The translations under genes and the position numbers were made by a program. A DNA stretch of 64,000 bases, taken from NCBI GenBank assembly GCA_051651625.1, contig JBOFSQ010000111.1, positions 229-64,228 of the forward strand. Direction: 5' to 3'. The notes under the pieces were generated by a model that saw only the letters and a program-made list of their open reading frames with translations, did not search any database and was not told where the DNA came from. Origin of the DNA: Thermoguttaceae bacterium (GTDB lineage Bacteria > Planctomycetota > Planctomycetia > Pirellulales > Thermoguttaceae). Positions 24,984-34,632 of this stretch are shown in pieces. The first letter of the stretch is position 1. The number at the start of each line of letters is the position of its first letter.

Positions 24984-26016
24984 GGCGAAACAACCAGTGA
25001 ACATCTACCAAACCTACAACTCACTTGTGCGTGGCGAAACGCGCGGCGTTCTGGCGACGCTGGCACGCGGCGGACTCTCGCTTATTGCGGTGCCTTATGG
25101 TGTTGCGGTTAACTGTCGCAACGTGCTCTACGACAAACGTCTGCTCAAAGTTGGTCACGCGGGAGTGCCGACGATTGCGGTTGGAAATCTCACGCTTGGC
25201 GGGACGGGGAAGTCGCCGATGGTTGCGTGGCTCATGGCGTGGAGCGAGTCGCGCGGATTGCGTGCGGGCGTGGTGAGTCGCGGTTATCACGCTGCGTCAG
25301 AAAATCGAGTCAACGACGAAGTCGCCGAACTGTTGCGAAAATTTCCGTCGCTTCCGCACGCGGAGTCGCCTAACCGTTTGCGTGCCGCAGCCGAACTGCG
25401 TGCATCGTCGCCAGTCGAAATTCTCATTCTCGACGACGCCTTCCAACACCGTCGCATCGCACGCGACCTCGACATCGTTCTGCTCGACGCGACGGCACCG
25501 TTCGGACACGACCGCATCTTTCCACGCGGGACGCTCCGCGAACCGATAACGTCGCTCCGCCGCGCCGACGTTGTTGTGTTATCGCGTGCGACGATGATCG
25601 ACGCCGATGCGCGACGCCAAATCGCCGACCGCGTTCGCAGTATCAATCCGCGAGTAACTTGGTGTGAAGCGACGCACCGCGCCAGCGGCGAAACGGCGTC
25701 GTGGCTCGCCGGACGCTGCGTTGTCGCGTTCTGCGGGATCGGAAACCCGAACGGATTCCACCACACACTCAATTCGTGCGGCGCGATTGTCGGTGAGCTT
25801 GTTGCGTTCCCCGATCACCACCACTTCACGCACGACGATTTGTCGTTGCTGATCGCAACCGCAAACCGACACAACGCGCCGCTCGTCTGCACGACGAAAG
25901 ACCGCGTTAAACTCCCGACCGACTTTCCCGCACGCAGCATCGAAATCGAGATCGACTTTCTCACCGGCGAAGACGAACTCAAAGAACGTCTCGCAACGGC
26001 AGTCCGCGCGACGTGA
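24982..26016 (+). CDS. lpxK: Tetraacyldisaccharide 4'-kinase
   Basis: VGNLTLGGTGKSPMV P-loop typical of LpxK. 344 aa. Confidence 0.9.
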   Translation: MAKQPVNIYQTYNSLVRGETRGVLATLARGGLSLIAVPYGVAVNCRNVLYDKRLLKVGHAGVPTIAVGNLTLGGTGKSPMVAWLMAWSESRGLRAGVVSRGYHAASENRVNDEVAELLRKFPSLPHAESPNRLRAAAELRASSPVEILILDDAFQHRRIARDLDIVLLDATAPFGHDRIFPRGTLREPITSLRRADVVVLSRATMIDADARRQIADRVRSINPRVTWCEATHRASGETASWLAGRCVVAFCGIGNPNGFHHTLNSCGAIVGELVAFPDHHHFTHDDLSLLIATANRHNAPLVCTTKDRVKLPTDFPARSIEIEIDFLTGEDELKERLATAVRAT

Positions 26017-27433
26017 GTTCGCGGCGGATTTGCGTGAGCGACAACTCGCCGCGATGCAAAACTCCGGCGAGAATCGCGGCGGTCGCCTCCGTCTTTTCGA
26101 TCACGTCGGCAATGTGTTGCACCGAACCAGCACCGCCCGACGCCACCACCGGAATCGAAAGCTGCGACGCGAGAAGTCCAGTAAGTTCTAACTCGAAACC
26201 GGCCCGCGTTCCGTCGCGGTCAACCGAGTTTACAACGACTTCGCCGACGCCGAGCTGTTCACAACGCTTCACCCACTCGACCGCATCGAGTCCCGTGCGC
26301 AACCGAAAACCGTGCGTCGTAATCTCGTAGCCACTCGGAAACTTTTCAACGTCATCGCTGGCGACAGGATCAATTCCGAGGACGAGACACTGCCGACCAA
26401 ACGCCTTCACCGCTTCAGCGATCATCGCCGGTTCGGCGACGGCCAGCGAATTGACCGAGACCTTTTCCGCACCCGCATCAAGAATGTTGTGCATATCGTC
26501 TACACAAGAAATTCCGCCGCCAACCGCAAACGGAATATGCACAACGCTGGCGACTTCGCGCACCATCGCAATATCAATCTTACGCCGCTGTGACGATGCG
26601 GTGATGTCGTAGAACACAAGCTCGTCTGCACCTTCGTCGTAGTATTTCTTGGCGAGGAAAGCAGGGTCGCCGCAATCGACGTTGTTCTGAAACTTTACTC
26701 CTTTGGTGACTCGTTTGTCTGTAACGTCAAGACAAGGAATAATGCGAAACTTTTTTCCAGCGCGATGCGTGTTCGTTGTTTGCGAGTTCGGACTCGGATT
26801 CCAGAGTCCATTCCACGCGGCGAAGTTGCGAAGTAGCCGCAGCCCTGCGGGGCCAGACTTTTCAGGGTGAAACTGCACCGCGACAACGCTCCCCCGTGCA
26901 ACCGCCGACGCAAACTCGATCCCTGCGTAGTTTGTAACTGCGACGACGTTTTCGTCGTGCGTTGGCTTCGCAACGTAACTGTGAACGAAGTAGAAATCGT
27001 TTCCACTGTTGCGCACACTGTCGAGACCATCGAAGACGGGGTGCGTTTTGATTGGCCTCGCAACGTTCCAACCGATTTGCGGTACTTTGCTTTTTGCGTC
27101 GCGCGAAGTGATTCGCACAACGTTTCCGGGAACGATACCGAGAGTTGGCGTGCCGCCGTCTTCTTCGGACGAGTCGAGCAAGACTTGCATTCCGAGACAG
27201 ATTCCGAGAAACGGTACGCCGCGTTTGATTGCGCCGAAAATTGGTTCGACCAGTCCGCTGCTGCGTAAGTGTTGCATTGCCCACGCCGCCGCGCCGACTC
27301 CCGGAAAGACCAGCCGCGACGCCGCCGCAATCACCGCCGCGTCACGCGAAACGACCGACTCAATACCAAGCGTGTCAAACGCCAACTTCACACTCGCCGG
27401 ATTCCCAGCACCGTAATCTATAATGACAATCAT
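25979..27433 (-). CDS. hisHF: Fused imidazole glycerol phosphate synthase (HisH glutaminase + HisF cyclase in one polypeptide)
   Basis: N-terminal VIIDYGAGNPASV...GICLGMQ...HSY (class I GATase). Linker, then RIIPCLDV...GADE...VVASGGAG (HisF barrel). The 3' end overlaps lpxK convergently by 38 nt. Confidence 0.9.
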   Translation of the reverse strand: MIVIIDYGAGNPASVKLAFDTLGIESVVSRDAAVIAAASRLVFPGVGAAAWAMQHLRSSGLVEPIFGAIKRGVPFLGICLGMQVLLDSSEEDGGTPTLGIVPGNVVRITSRDAKSKVPQIGWNVARPIKTHPVFDGLDSVRNSGNDFYFVHSYVAKPTHDENVVAVTNYAGIEFASAVARGSVVAVQFHPEKSGPAGLRLLRNFAAWNGLWNPSPNSQTTNTHRAGKKFRIIPCLDVTDKRVTKGVKFQNNVDCGDPAFLAKKYYDEGADELVFYDITASSQRRKIDIAMVREVASVVHIPFAVGGGISCVDDMHNILDAGAEKVSVNSLAVAEPAMIAEAVKAFGRQCLVLGIDPVASDDVEKFPSGYEITTHGFRLRTGLDAVEWVKRCEQLGVGEVVVNSVDRDGTRAGFELELTGLLASQLSIPVVASGGAGSVQHIADVIEKTEATAAILAGVLHRGELSLTQIRRELTSRGLPLRDVL

Positions 27434-27452
27434 TTTGATTTTCTGTAAACGT

Positions 27453-28460
27453 TCACCACAAGCAAATCAGTGCGAGCGTGCTGTAACCGAGCGTCATCAT
27501 CATTGGTGTATCCATCGAATGTGGCGAGTATGCCTCGGCGAACGTCATCAGTGGTGGTATCACGATCAGTGCAGCGATGAACGACCGCGTCGTGTTGAAC
27601 TCCGCGTGGAAAAGGCCAACGCAAATCAGTCCGGCGATGAAGACACACGCACTCCCCGCATACGACCGGACGTAACGTTTTTGCATCGTCCACGATGGCA
27701 CGGTGTATTTTCGCTTGCCAAGATAGACGCCCACCGGTTCGGCAAAACCGTCGCCAAAACCGATGATCAAAACGATAATCAGCGGCAAATACGGTTCGTT
27801 GAGCGAGAAGAATAGCTGCTGAAAGAGCGTACTCAAAACGAGTGCTGGAATCAAGTTTCCGCAGACAATCCAGCGTAACGTGTTGGGCCGGTCTTCGGGC
27901 CGGTCCATTGAGTTGAACTGAAGCATGAAGAGCGTAGAGCGTTCGCGTATCGGCTTGATCAAAAGCAAAAACGCGAGCAGAACGAAGAGCGATTCCCAAA
28001 CGTGCGGCAAAATCCCAGCGGGGTTTGCGGCGTCGTGGTGGGCAGACCCCAAGAGCGGAATCAAGTACGCCGCGAAGTGCTGAAGTTTTCGGGTGTAGTT
28101 AACCCTGAACCATTTGTGCGACCCCGCAACGATGTAGCCGCGTTCGTCGGCCTTGCAGTAGTAACGACACAACATCCCGCCAAGCGTACCGATGACGCAC
28201 ATCACCGCAATTTTGATCGCACAAAACTGGAAGAATCCATACGCGCGAAAAATCTCCGGCTGCCAAATTGTCGTGACGACGAGCATTATCGCCACCGCAA
28301 CAACCCAACCGATGAGAAATTGCAAGTCAAACGTCTGCGTCCATTTCTTGGAATAGTCGCCGATGTTTTTGTATGTGTCGTCGTGGTTCATGGTTGTTTG
28401 TTGAAGGTGAGTGGTGTGTCTGTCAATTTTTGTAATCATTCTTGCTTCGCATGACATCAT
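27453..28460 (-). CDS. Integral membrane protein, polyprenol/phytol kinase-like (CTP-dependent kinase family)
   Basis: Multiple TM segments. GFGDGFAEPVGVYLGKRKY...RSYAGSACVF resembles the GDGxAdxvGrxxG...KSxxGS motif of dolichol/phytol kinases. Start uncertain (28460 or ~28391). Confidence 0.5.
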   Translation of the reverse strand: MMSCEARMITKIDRHTTHLQQTTMNHDDTYKNIGDYSKKWTQTFDLQFLIGWVVAVAIMLVVTTIWQPEIFRAYGFFQFCAIKIAVMCVIGTLGGMLCRYYCKADERGYIVAGSHKWFRVNYTRKLQHFAAYLIPLLGSAHHDAANPAGILPHVWESLFVLLAFLLLIKPIRERSTLFMLQFNSMDRPEDRPNTLRWIVCGNLIPALVLSTLFQQLFFSLNEPYLPLIIVLIIGFGDGFAEPVGVYLGKRKYTVPSWTMQKRYVRSYAGSACVFIAGLICVGLFHAEFNTTRSFIAALIVIPPLMTFAEAYSPHSMDTPMMMTLGYSTLALICLW

Positions 28461-28481
28461 ACTTCAATGGCGGTTCTTTTT

Positions 28482-28629
28482 CTCACACAAAGGCACGAAG
28501 AGGAGAGGAGAGAGAACGCGGAACACGCGGAAAAACGGAAGACGCGGAATGCTGAACTTCCGCGTCTTTCCGCCCTTCCGTGATTTCCGCATTAAAATTC
28601 TTCTTTGTGCCTTCGTGCCTTTGTGTGAG
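28482..28629. repeat. 148-bp nested hairpin (family E), 19-bp perfect outer arms
   Basis: ctcacacaaaggcacgaag ... cttcgtgcctttgtgtgag, with inner ggaagacgcggaa..ttccgcgtctttcc. Confidence 0.9.
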
Positions 28630-28679
28630 GCTCCTCAAAAACCATGTACAGTTGCGAAAATTGACAGGTACCGAGTGGC

Positions 28680-30056
28680 TTATCGCCCCGCGATTTCTCG
28701 CACTTCGCGGCAGAGTGATTCGGCGGCACTGGGCGTCATCGCTTCGGCTATGACGCGGACTATCGGTTCGGTGTTGCTCGCACGCAATAGCACCCACGAA
28801 CGGTTTTCGTCGAAGTCGATGCGAAGTCCGTCGAGACGACTCGTGCGGTGGCCGCGTCCGAGTTTTTCTTCAACGGCATCGAGCGTTGCAGTAATACGAT
28901 CAGCGTCGAGAACAATCTTTTCTTTTCGCATCGCGTATCGCGGGAGCGTACTTGCAAGCTGCGAAAGTGTTTGACCAGTCAAGGCGAGTGCGTCGAGGAC
29001 AATCGCCATCCCGACGAAGCTGTCGCGTACTAGTCCGATCTGCGGGTCAATCGGCCCGCCGTTCCCTTCACCGCCGAAGACCGCACCGTGCGAGATGATC
29101 GCATCGACGACGTTCGCCTCGCCTACCGCTGTACGAACGAGCGTCGCACCGCAACGCTTTGCAACGTCTTCAGTCATTCGGCTTGTCGCGCAGTTAATCA
29201 CAACCGTACCAACACCACGCCGCGACAAGACGTGTTGTGCGCAGAGCGGCACCGTATATTCTTCGCCGATGTAGTGTCCGGTTTCGTCGATGAGTGCAAG
29301 CCTGTCGGCGTCGGGGTCTTGGCAAAATGCAACGTCGCATTCCGACGCCGCAACGCGCGACGCAACATCGGTCAGGTTTTCCGCTGTCGGTTCCGGTGTG
29401 TGGGCGAACGCACCATTTGGCGTTTCACCGAGGATCGTCACTTCGCAACCGAGTTGTTCAAGAAGCAGTCGCCCCGCCGCGCCGCCCGCACCGTTGTTGG
29501 CATCGAGCAGTACGCGAAAACGACGACTCCTGATCGCATCGACATCAACCGTTTTGAGAATCAACGCGACGTGTTCGGTGAGCGGACTAGTCTCGACTGA
29601 TGGCGTTCCGATTCGGTTGTGTGTGACCCAGTTGAAACCGGTGTCGTCTTGGGCCAGCAAATTGTAGCGTGCGAGAACTTCCGCACCCGGCGCGGCTGGA
29701 ATGACGCGACCATCGCACGAGAACAGTTTGATCCCGTTGTATTCGCTCGGATTGTGACTGGCGGAGATTTGAATCCCGCCCGCCGCACGGTGTTGGCGAA
29801 CGAGTACGCCGGTTGTCGGCGTTGGTGCGATTCCGGCGTCGATGGTGTCGCGTCCGAGTGCATTGAGCGAGGAAGTGATTGCGGCAGCGAGGAAGTGCCC
29901 CGAAGGCCGCGAGTCGCGCGTGACGACGATACTGCCGATCCCTTGCGGCAACGTCGAGTGAAACGCCGCCGCATAACGAATCGCAACCAGCGGCGTAAGC
30001 GTCTCGCCAATCACGCCGCGAAGACCTGATACACTTATGATGAGTGGGTGTGACAT
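28680..30056 (-). CDS. Phosphohexomutase (GlmM/ManB-like)
   Basis: Active-site ISASHNPSEYNGIKL, start MSHPLIISVSGLRGVIG. The ORF-track start at 30191 translates the family A repeat. Confidence 0.9.
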   Translation of the reverse strand: MSHPLIISVSGLRGVIGETLTPLVAIRYAAAFHSTLPQGIGSIVVTRDSRPSGHFLAAAITSSLNALGRDTIDAGIAPTPTTGVLVRQHRAAGGIQISASHNPSEYNGIKLFSCDGRVIPAAPGAEVLARYNLLAQDDTGFNWVTHNRIGTPSVETSPLTEHVALILKTVDVDAIRSRRFRVLLDANNGAGGAAGRLLLEQLGCEVTILGETPNGAFAHTPEPTAENLTDVASRVAASECDVAFCQDPDADRLALIDETGHYIGEEYTVPLCAQHVLSRRGVGTVVINCATSRMTEDVAKRCGATLVRTAVGEANVVDAIISHGAVFGGEGNGGPIDPQIGLVRDSFVGMAIVLDALALTGQTLSQLASTLPRYAMRKEKIVLDADRITATLDAVEEKLGRGHRTSRLDGLRIDFDENRSWVLLRASNTEPIVRVIAEAMTPSAAESLCREVREIAGR

Positions 30057-30077
30057 TGGTGTCTTTGTTCTTTGGTA

Positions 30078-30225
30078 AGTAGACCTGTTTGGAAACTTGC
30101 ACCCGCACAGCGGTTCGGCATAGCCGAACCCTCCAAACGCCCACGGCGTCGATAACTGGAGGGTTCGGCTACGCCGAACCTGAACTACCAAATAGTCCGA
30201 ACTTGATGTTTCCGAACAAATCTAG
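30078..30225 (+). repeat. Family A element, long form, copy A5
   Basis: GTAGACCTGTTTGGAAAC ... core hairpin ... GTTTCCGAACAAATCTAG. Confidence 0.9.
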
Positions 30226-30246
30226 TGTTCACGGATACGAGCCGTC

Positions 30247-30873
30247 TCACCATTCTTTAGGCGTGAACGGTTTGGGATTGGTGACGACGGCACCATTCCC
30301 CGTAGCGACGATAGTGAAAAGTCCTTTGCTTTGCGCGAACTTCGCGGCGTGCGCAGCTTCGTGCAAAAACGCTACCGCGCCAATTACGCGACGATTGTAA
30401 CACTCGCTCAGCGAGTCGCGAGCATATCCCAGCTTCTCAACGAACCACTCAACGTCGTCAGGCCGTAACGTCGTTTTCACTTCAACGAGAACGACTTTGT
30501 CGCCGTCGTGGGCGATGATGTCGATCTCGAACTCTTTGCCTTTATAGTGACCGGTACGCCGCTTGGAAGTGTCCATAACGGGAATACCTTGTTCACGAAG
30601 AAGCGGCAATAACTGGTTCTTCACGAGCGATTCGACGAGGCGTCCCCATTGACTATGGAAGTCGTTTGCTATCTTGCGAACGACCGCTTCGGTCTTGCGC
30701 TGCGACGCCTCGGTCTTTTTGCGTTCTTCTTCGATGGACGCTTTCAACTCCGCAGTCTGCGCGGCGGCTTTCGCTTCCAGCTCCGCAGACCGTGCGGCGT
30801 TTTCGGCGATGAACGCGTCAACGCGACGCCCCAAATTGGCGACAATCTCCCGCAATTCGTCCATTGTTGTCAT
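30247..30873 (-). CDS. Coiled-coil + PD-(D/E)XK nuclease-fold protein (DUF3782-like)
   Basis: N-terminal A/E/K-rich coiled coil. C-terminal EFEIDIIAHDGDKVVLVEVKTT (D...ExK). Confidence 0.55.
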   Translation of the reverse strand: MTTMDELREIVANLGRRVDAFIAENAARSAELEAKAAAQTAELKASIEEERKKTEASQRKTEAVVRKIANDFHSQWGRLVESLVKNQLLPLLREQGIPVMDTSKRRTGHYKGKEFEIDIIAHDGDKVVLVEVKTTLRPDDVEWFVEKLGYARDSLSECYNRRVIGAVAFLHEAAHAAKFAQSKGLFTIVATGNGAVVTNPKPFTPKEW

Positions 30874-30927
30874 CTTGAGTTCTCCTTTGTTTACACATGT
30901 CGTGTGTTCGTACCCCCGTAACGGGTC

Positions 30928-32952
30928 TCACAGCCCCCAAACAATCGTTGCATTTCCGCCGCTTGAAACGGCGGACTTTCCGTCGGGCGAAATTGCTACC
31001 GACGTTACCGGCAGCGGCGGCGGTGGTGGCGGTGTCCCGCGAACTTTCATCGTCGCGTACTTCGGATCAGGCAAACCGCGAACAACACCCGCACGCTTGA
31101 GACGCCCGTCATTCAAACCGATCTCAACGACAACGCCTTCACGCGAACCCGCCAAAATCGACGCCCCATCCGGCGTCACTGCCAGTGATGTTACCGCGCC
31201 GGTGAAGTCGTTTATGCGCCGCTCTTGCGTCCACTCCATTTTTGCAGGGTCGTCGCTCGCCGCAGTTTGTTTCCAAACGATTACGCTCTTGTCGTCGGAT
31301 GCGGTTATGAGTCGCTGTCCGTCGGGCGTGAACGCCGCCGCAGTTACGCCGCCGGTGTGGTCGGTGAGAGTTTGAACTGTCTTGAACGTCGCCGGACTCC
31401 AAATGCGAACAGTTTTGTCGTCGGAACCTGTCACGATGCACGTCAGATTCGGATCGATAGCGACGGCGCGAACGCTCGCGGTGTGCCCCGCAAGAGTTCC
31501 GAGAACGCGAGCTTTGCTGGCGTCCCAAAGGTGAGCGAGGTTGTCGTCGGAGCCGGTGACGAGGCGTTGACCGTCGGGCGTGAACGCTATCGCACGCACG
31601 GGTTTTGTGTGTTTGTCGAGCTTCGCTTCTTGTTGACCAGTGCGAACATCATACGCCCGAATCGCACCATCATTCGCGCCGACAACAACAAGGTGCGCGT
31701 CGGGCGTGAACGTGATCGACGTGAGCGGTGAGGTGTGTTCAAAAACGACTGGTGTTTTTGACGTGTCAGAAACGCTGCGAATTTCTCCGCGTCCGCCGTC
31801 GAGTGTGATTCCGATCTCGCCGCGCGAACTTACCGCGACACACGACGCGCCGCTCGTCGTCGCTTCGTCCCAGCGGTGTTTCACGTCGAGTGGCGGCAAC
31901 TTGAATAGTGGTGATGTTGACGTTGCTTGTGCATCGTCGGCGACGAGGAGACCGAGTTCGTTCGCCGTGTAGAGAGTTGCTTTGCCATCGTTTGCGAGGA
32001 AGACAAACTTCGTTCGGCTGCTGTCGGTCGCGCCCGCTGTAACTGGGGTTTCAAAATCGTAAGTCGTCCAAACTTTCGGCTTCTTTTCGTCTTGCTGTTT
32101 GGCGTCCCACTGCTGAAGCGTCTTGCCAGCGACGCCGACGACGGTTCCGGCGTCGGGGCCGATGGCGACGAACGTTACCACGCCGCGATCAACGGTGAAT
32201 CGCGTGGCCTCTTCGATGCGACGATCTTTTCCTTCGCCGCGAACTTCCCACAAAATTACGGCGCGGTCGTTGCCGCCGCTCACGATTACGTCGGCTCTGC
32301 CGCTGGTAATACGCTGTTTCCCCTGACCAACTGCAAGCGACGCAACGCCGTCTTTGTGACCGGCTATCGGAATGAACGCTCCGGGAGGTGCGGTCGCGTC
32401 GATGCTGCACAGTTTTATTACCGGTTCGCTCGCGGCGGTGAGTACATATTTGTCGTTTATGAACTCTATCGCTGTTACGCTCTTCGCGTGTCCGGCGAGT
32501 GGCATCACCGGTTTGACAGTCGCAACGTCCCACACGGCACACCCGCCGCTCTTGTTGCCGGTGATGAGTTGCGTTCCGTCGGGACTGAATGCTATCGCAA
32601 CAACGTCGCCGCTATGTTCGAGCGGCTGCGATTTTTTCCCGTCGGAGAGTCGCCAAAGGAGTACCGACTTCCCCGACGCCGACGCGAGAACCGTTCCGTC
32701 GTGACTGAACGCGAGCGCGGCAACGGCGTCTTTGTGACCTTCGAGTTTCTGCGGCGACGACGCAGCGTTTTGCGTTTGGTGAACGAGAATTGTTTTGTCG
32801 CGTCCGCCCGTGGCGACTTGCGCCCCGTCCGGCGAGACCGCGACCGCCGCCACGCCGCCGCGATGGCCGTCAAGCGGCGTCCCGATTTCTGCGCCGAGAC
32901 AGAATGTTAGCGTACACAAAACGCAAATCGAAAATGCAAATGGACGTTTCAT
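30928..32952 (-). CDS. Secreted WD40-repeat protein (~14 blades)
   Basis: Signal peptide MKRPFAFSICVLCTLTFCLGA. Repeated GH..V.....PDG....TGS.D.T..(L/I)W units, e.g. GHTASVRAVAIDPNLTCIVTGSDDKTVRIWS. Confidence 0.9.
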   Translation of the reverse strand: MKRPFAFSICVLCTLTFCLGAEIGTPLDGHRGGVAAVAVSPDGAQVATGGRDKTILVHQTQNAASSPQKLEGHKDAVAALAFSHDGTVLASASGKSVLLWRLSDGKKSQPLEHSGDVVAIAFSPDGTQLITGNKSGGCAVWDVATVKPVMPLAGHAKSVTAIEFINDKYVLTAASEPVIKLCSIDATAPPGAFIPIAGHKDGVASLAVGQGKQRITSGRADVIVSGGNDRAVILWEVRGEGKDRRIEEATRFTVDRGVVTFVAIGPDAGTVVGVAGKTLQQWDAKQQDEKKPKVWTTYDFETPVTAGATDSSRTKFVFLANDGKATLYTANELGLLVADDAQATSTSPLFKLPPLDVKHRWDEATTSGASCVAVSSRGEIGITLDGGRGEIRSVSDTSKTPVVFEHTSPLTSITFTPDAHLVVVGANDGAIRAYDVRTGQQEAKLDKHTKPVRAIAFTPDGQRLVTGSDDNLAHLWDASKARVLGTLAGHTASVRAVAIDPNLTCIVTGSDDKTVRIWSPATFKTVQTLTDHTGGVTAAAFTPDGQRLITASDDKSVIVWKQTAASDDPAKMEWTQERRINDFTGAVTSLAVTPDGASILAGSREGVVVEIGLNDGRLKRAGVVRGLPDPKYATMKVRGTPPPPPPLPVTSVAISPDGKSAVSSGGNATIVWGL

Positions 32953-32956
32953 TGGA

Positions 32957-33069
32957 GTAGTTTTGGTTCGGCATAGCCGAACCCTCCATAGTTATCAACG
33001 CCGCAGGCGTTTGGAGGGTTCTGCTATGCCGAACCGATGTGCGAGTGCAAGTTTCCGAACAGGTCTACT
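32957..33069 (-). repeat. Family A element, copy A6 (reverse orientation)
   Basis: Lies between the WD40 start (32952) and the hom stop (33071). One arm is mutated (ggagggttctgctatgcc). Confidence 0.9.
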
Positions 33070-33070
33070 A

Positions 33071-34387
33071 TTATTCCACGCCGAACCTGACAATCGGCCC
33101 GCGCACTGACGCGAGATTTTCAAGCGCAGCTATCGCCGCCGTAAACTGCGATTCCGGTGCCGGATGCGTGAGCAATATAAGCGGCGTCGTGTCGGGAATC
33201 GTAGCGACGAACGTTTCGTCATCGTCGTCGGTCGCAGGTGCGTCGTGCTGCAAGACCGATGAGACGCTGATATTGTTTCGTCCAATCACGCTCGTGATCT
33301 CGCCCAAGACGCCGGGGCGGTCGTCAACGGTGAGTCGCAAATACGAGCGACTCACAATCGCACTCGTCGGCAAGACCGGCATCGCACCGTTCGCGCTGTC
33401 GCTCCACAAATCGAGTGCGGAAAACGTGATCGCCGTTCGCCCAAGGAGCGTGTCGATGACATCGGAGACAACCGCCGACGCCGTCGGAAACTGTCCCGCT
33501 CCCGCACCGTGATAGAAGAGACGACCAACGTTGTCGCCGACAACTTCGAGTGCATTGTTTGGGCCTTCCACACGCGAGAGCATACTGTCGGCGCGAACGA
33601 GCGTCGGCAGCACGGACAGTGCCAGCCCTTGCGGCGTCGCCTCCGCCGATGCGACCAGTTTGATCGCGTAACCAAAATCTTGTGCGTAGAGAAAGTCTAT
33701 CGGTGCGACTGACGTGATTCCGCGTCGCGTGATTTTTTTCCAATCGACGTCAACGCCGAACGCCAGTTGCGTGAGGATCGCAAGTTTTTGCGCGGCGTCG
33801 CTCCCATCGACATCCATCGCCGGATTCGCCTCTGCGTAACCGAGCTGCTGCGCCAGTACCAACTCCGCTTCGTAAGACGTGTCGTTTGCGTCCATCGACG
33901 AGAGGATGAAGTTACTCGTCCCGTTGAGAATCCCGCGAATCGACTTGATTGTGTTGGCTTGCAGCGATGTCGCCAGCGACGCGATCACCGGTATTCCGCC
34001 CGCAACTGCGGCCTCAAAACTGATTGTGCGTCCGTGTTTTCTCGCGGTCTCGAAGAGTTCTCGTCCGTGGTTTGCAAGCAACGCTTTGTTTGCAGTCACG
34101 ACGTTTTTGCCGCTCTTGAGAAGGTCGATGACAATAGTTCGTGCCGGTTCGAGACCGCCGATTAACTCGACCGCAACGTCAATCGTTTTGTCGTCAATGA
34201 CTTTGCGAACGTCGTTTGTGAAGAGACCGTCTGGTAGCGACTCACCAGCGTTTGAATCTTTGTCGCAGACGGCGACGAGTCGCACGTCGTCGCCGACTGC
34301 GCGGGCGACTCTTGCTGCGTTTTTGAGCAAAATTGTTGATACGCCGCGACCGATGGTCCCGTGTCCGATGATGGCAATGTGTTTCAT
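33071..34387 (-). CDS. hom: Homoserine dehydrogenase with a C-terminal ACT domain
   Basis: IIGHGTIGRGV Rossmann, LNGTSNFIL, YGAGAG-like HGAGAGQFPTASAV. Confidence 0.9.
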   Translation of the reverse strand: MKHIAIIGHGTIGRGVSTILLKNAARVARAVGDDVRLVAVCDKDSNAGESLPDGLFTNDVRKVIDDKTIDVAVELIGGLEPARTIVIDLLKSGKNVVTANKALLANHGRELFETARKHGRTISFEAAVAGGIPVIASLATSLQANTIKSIRGILNGTSNFILSSMDANDTSYEAELVLAQQLGYAEANPAMDVDGSDAAQKLAILTQLAFGVDVDWKKITRRGITSVAPIDFLYAQDFGYAIKLVASAEATPQGLALSVLPTLVRADSMLSRVEGPNNALEVVGDNVGRLFYHGAGAGQFPTASAVVSDVIDTLLGRTAITFSALDLWSDSANGAMPVLPTSAIVSRSYLRLTVDDRPGVLGEITSVIGRNNISVSSVLQHDAPATDDDDETFVATIPDTTPLILLTHPAPESQFTAAIAALENLASVRGPIVRFGVE

Positions 34388-34449
34388 AGCCGTATTCTAC
34401 CACGCACCGCCGCATCCGCAAGCCGCGGCGGTATCCGTTAACGGATAGG

Positions 34450-34548
34450 AACAAGAACACGAAGCGTAAGCGAGTGGCCAGCTGTGAAGACACCGCACTG
34501 CGGGAAACCAGTCACTCCAGTCATCCCCGCAGAGTACGCGGGAATGAT
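34450..34548 (+). repeat. Family B unit followed by a family C-like hairpin
   Basis: aacaagaacacgaagcgtaagcgagtggcc ... catccccgcagagtacgcgggaatg. Confidence 0.8.
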
Positions 34549-34632
34549 TGGAGGCAGAGGTGGGCATTCCTTTAGTTGTTTGTGCGGTAACAATAGGGCA
34601 GGTCAAAGTCCTTTCGGGAGTGAAAGAAGTTT

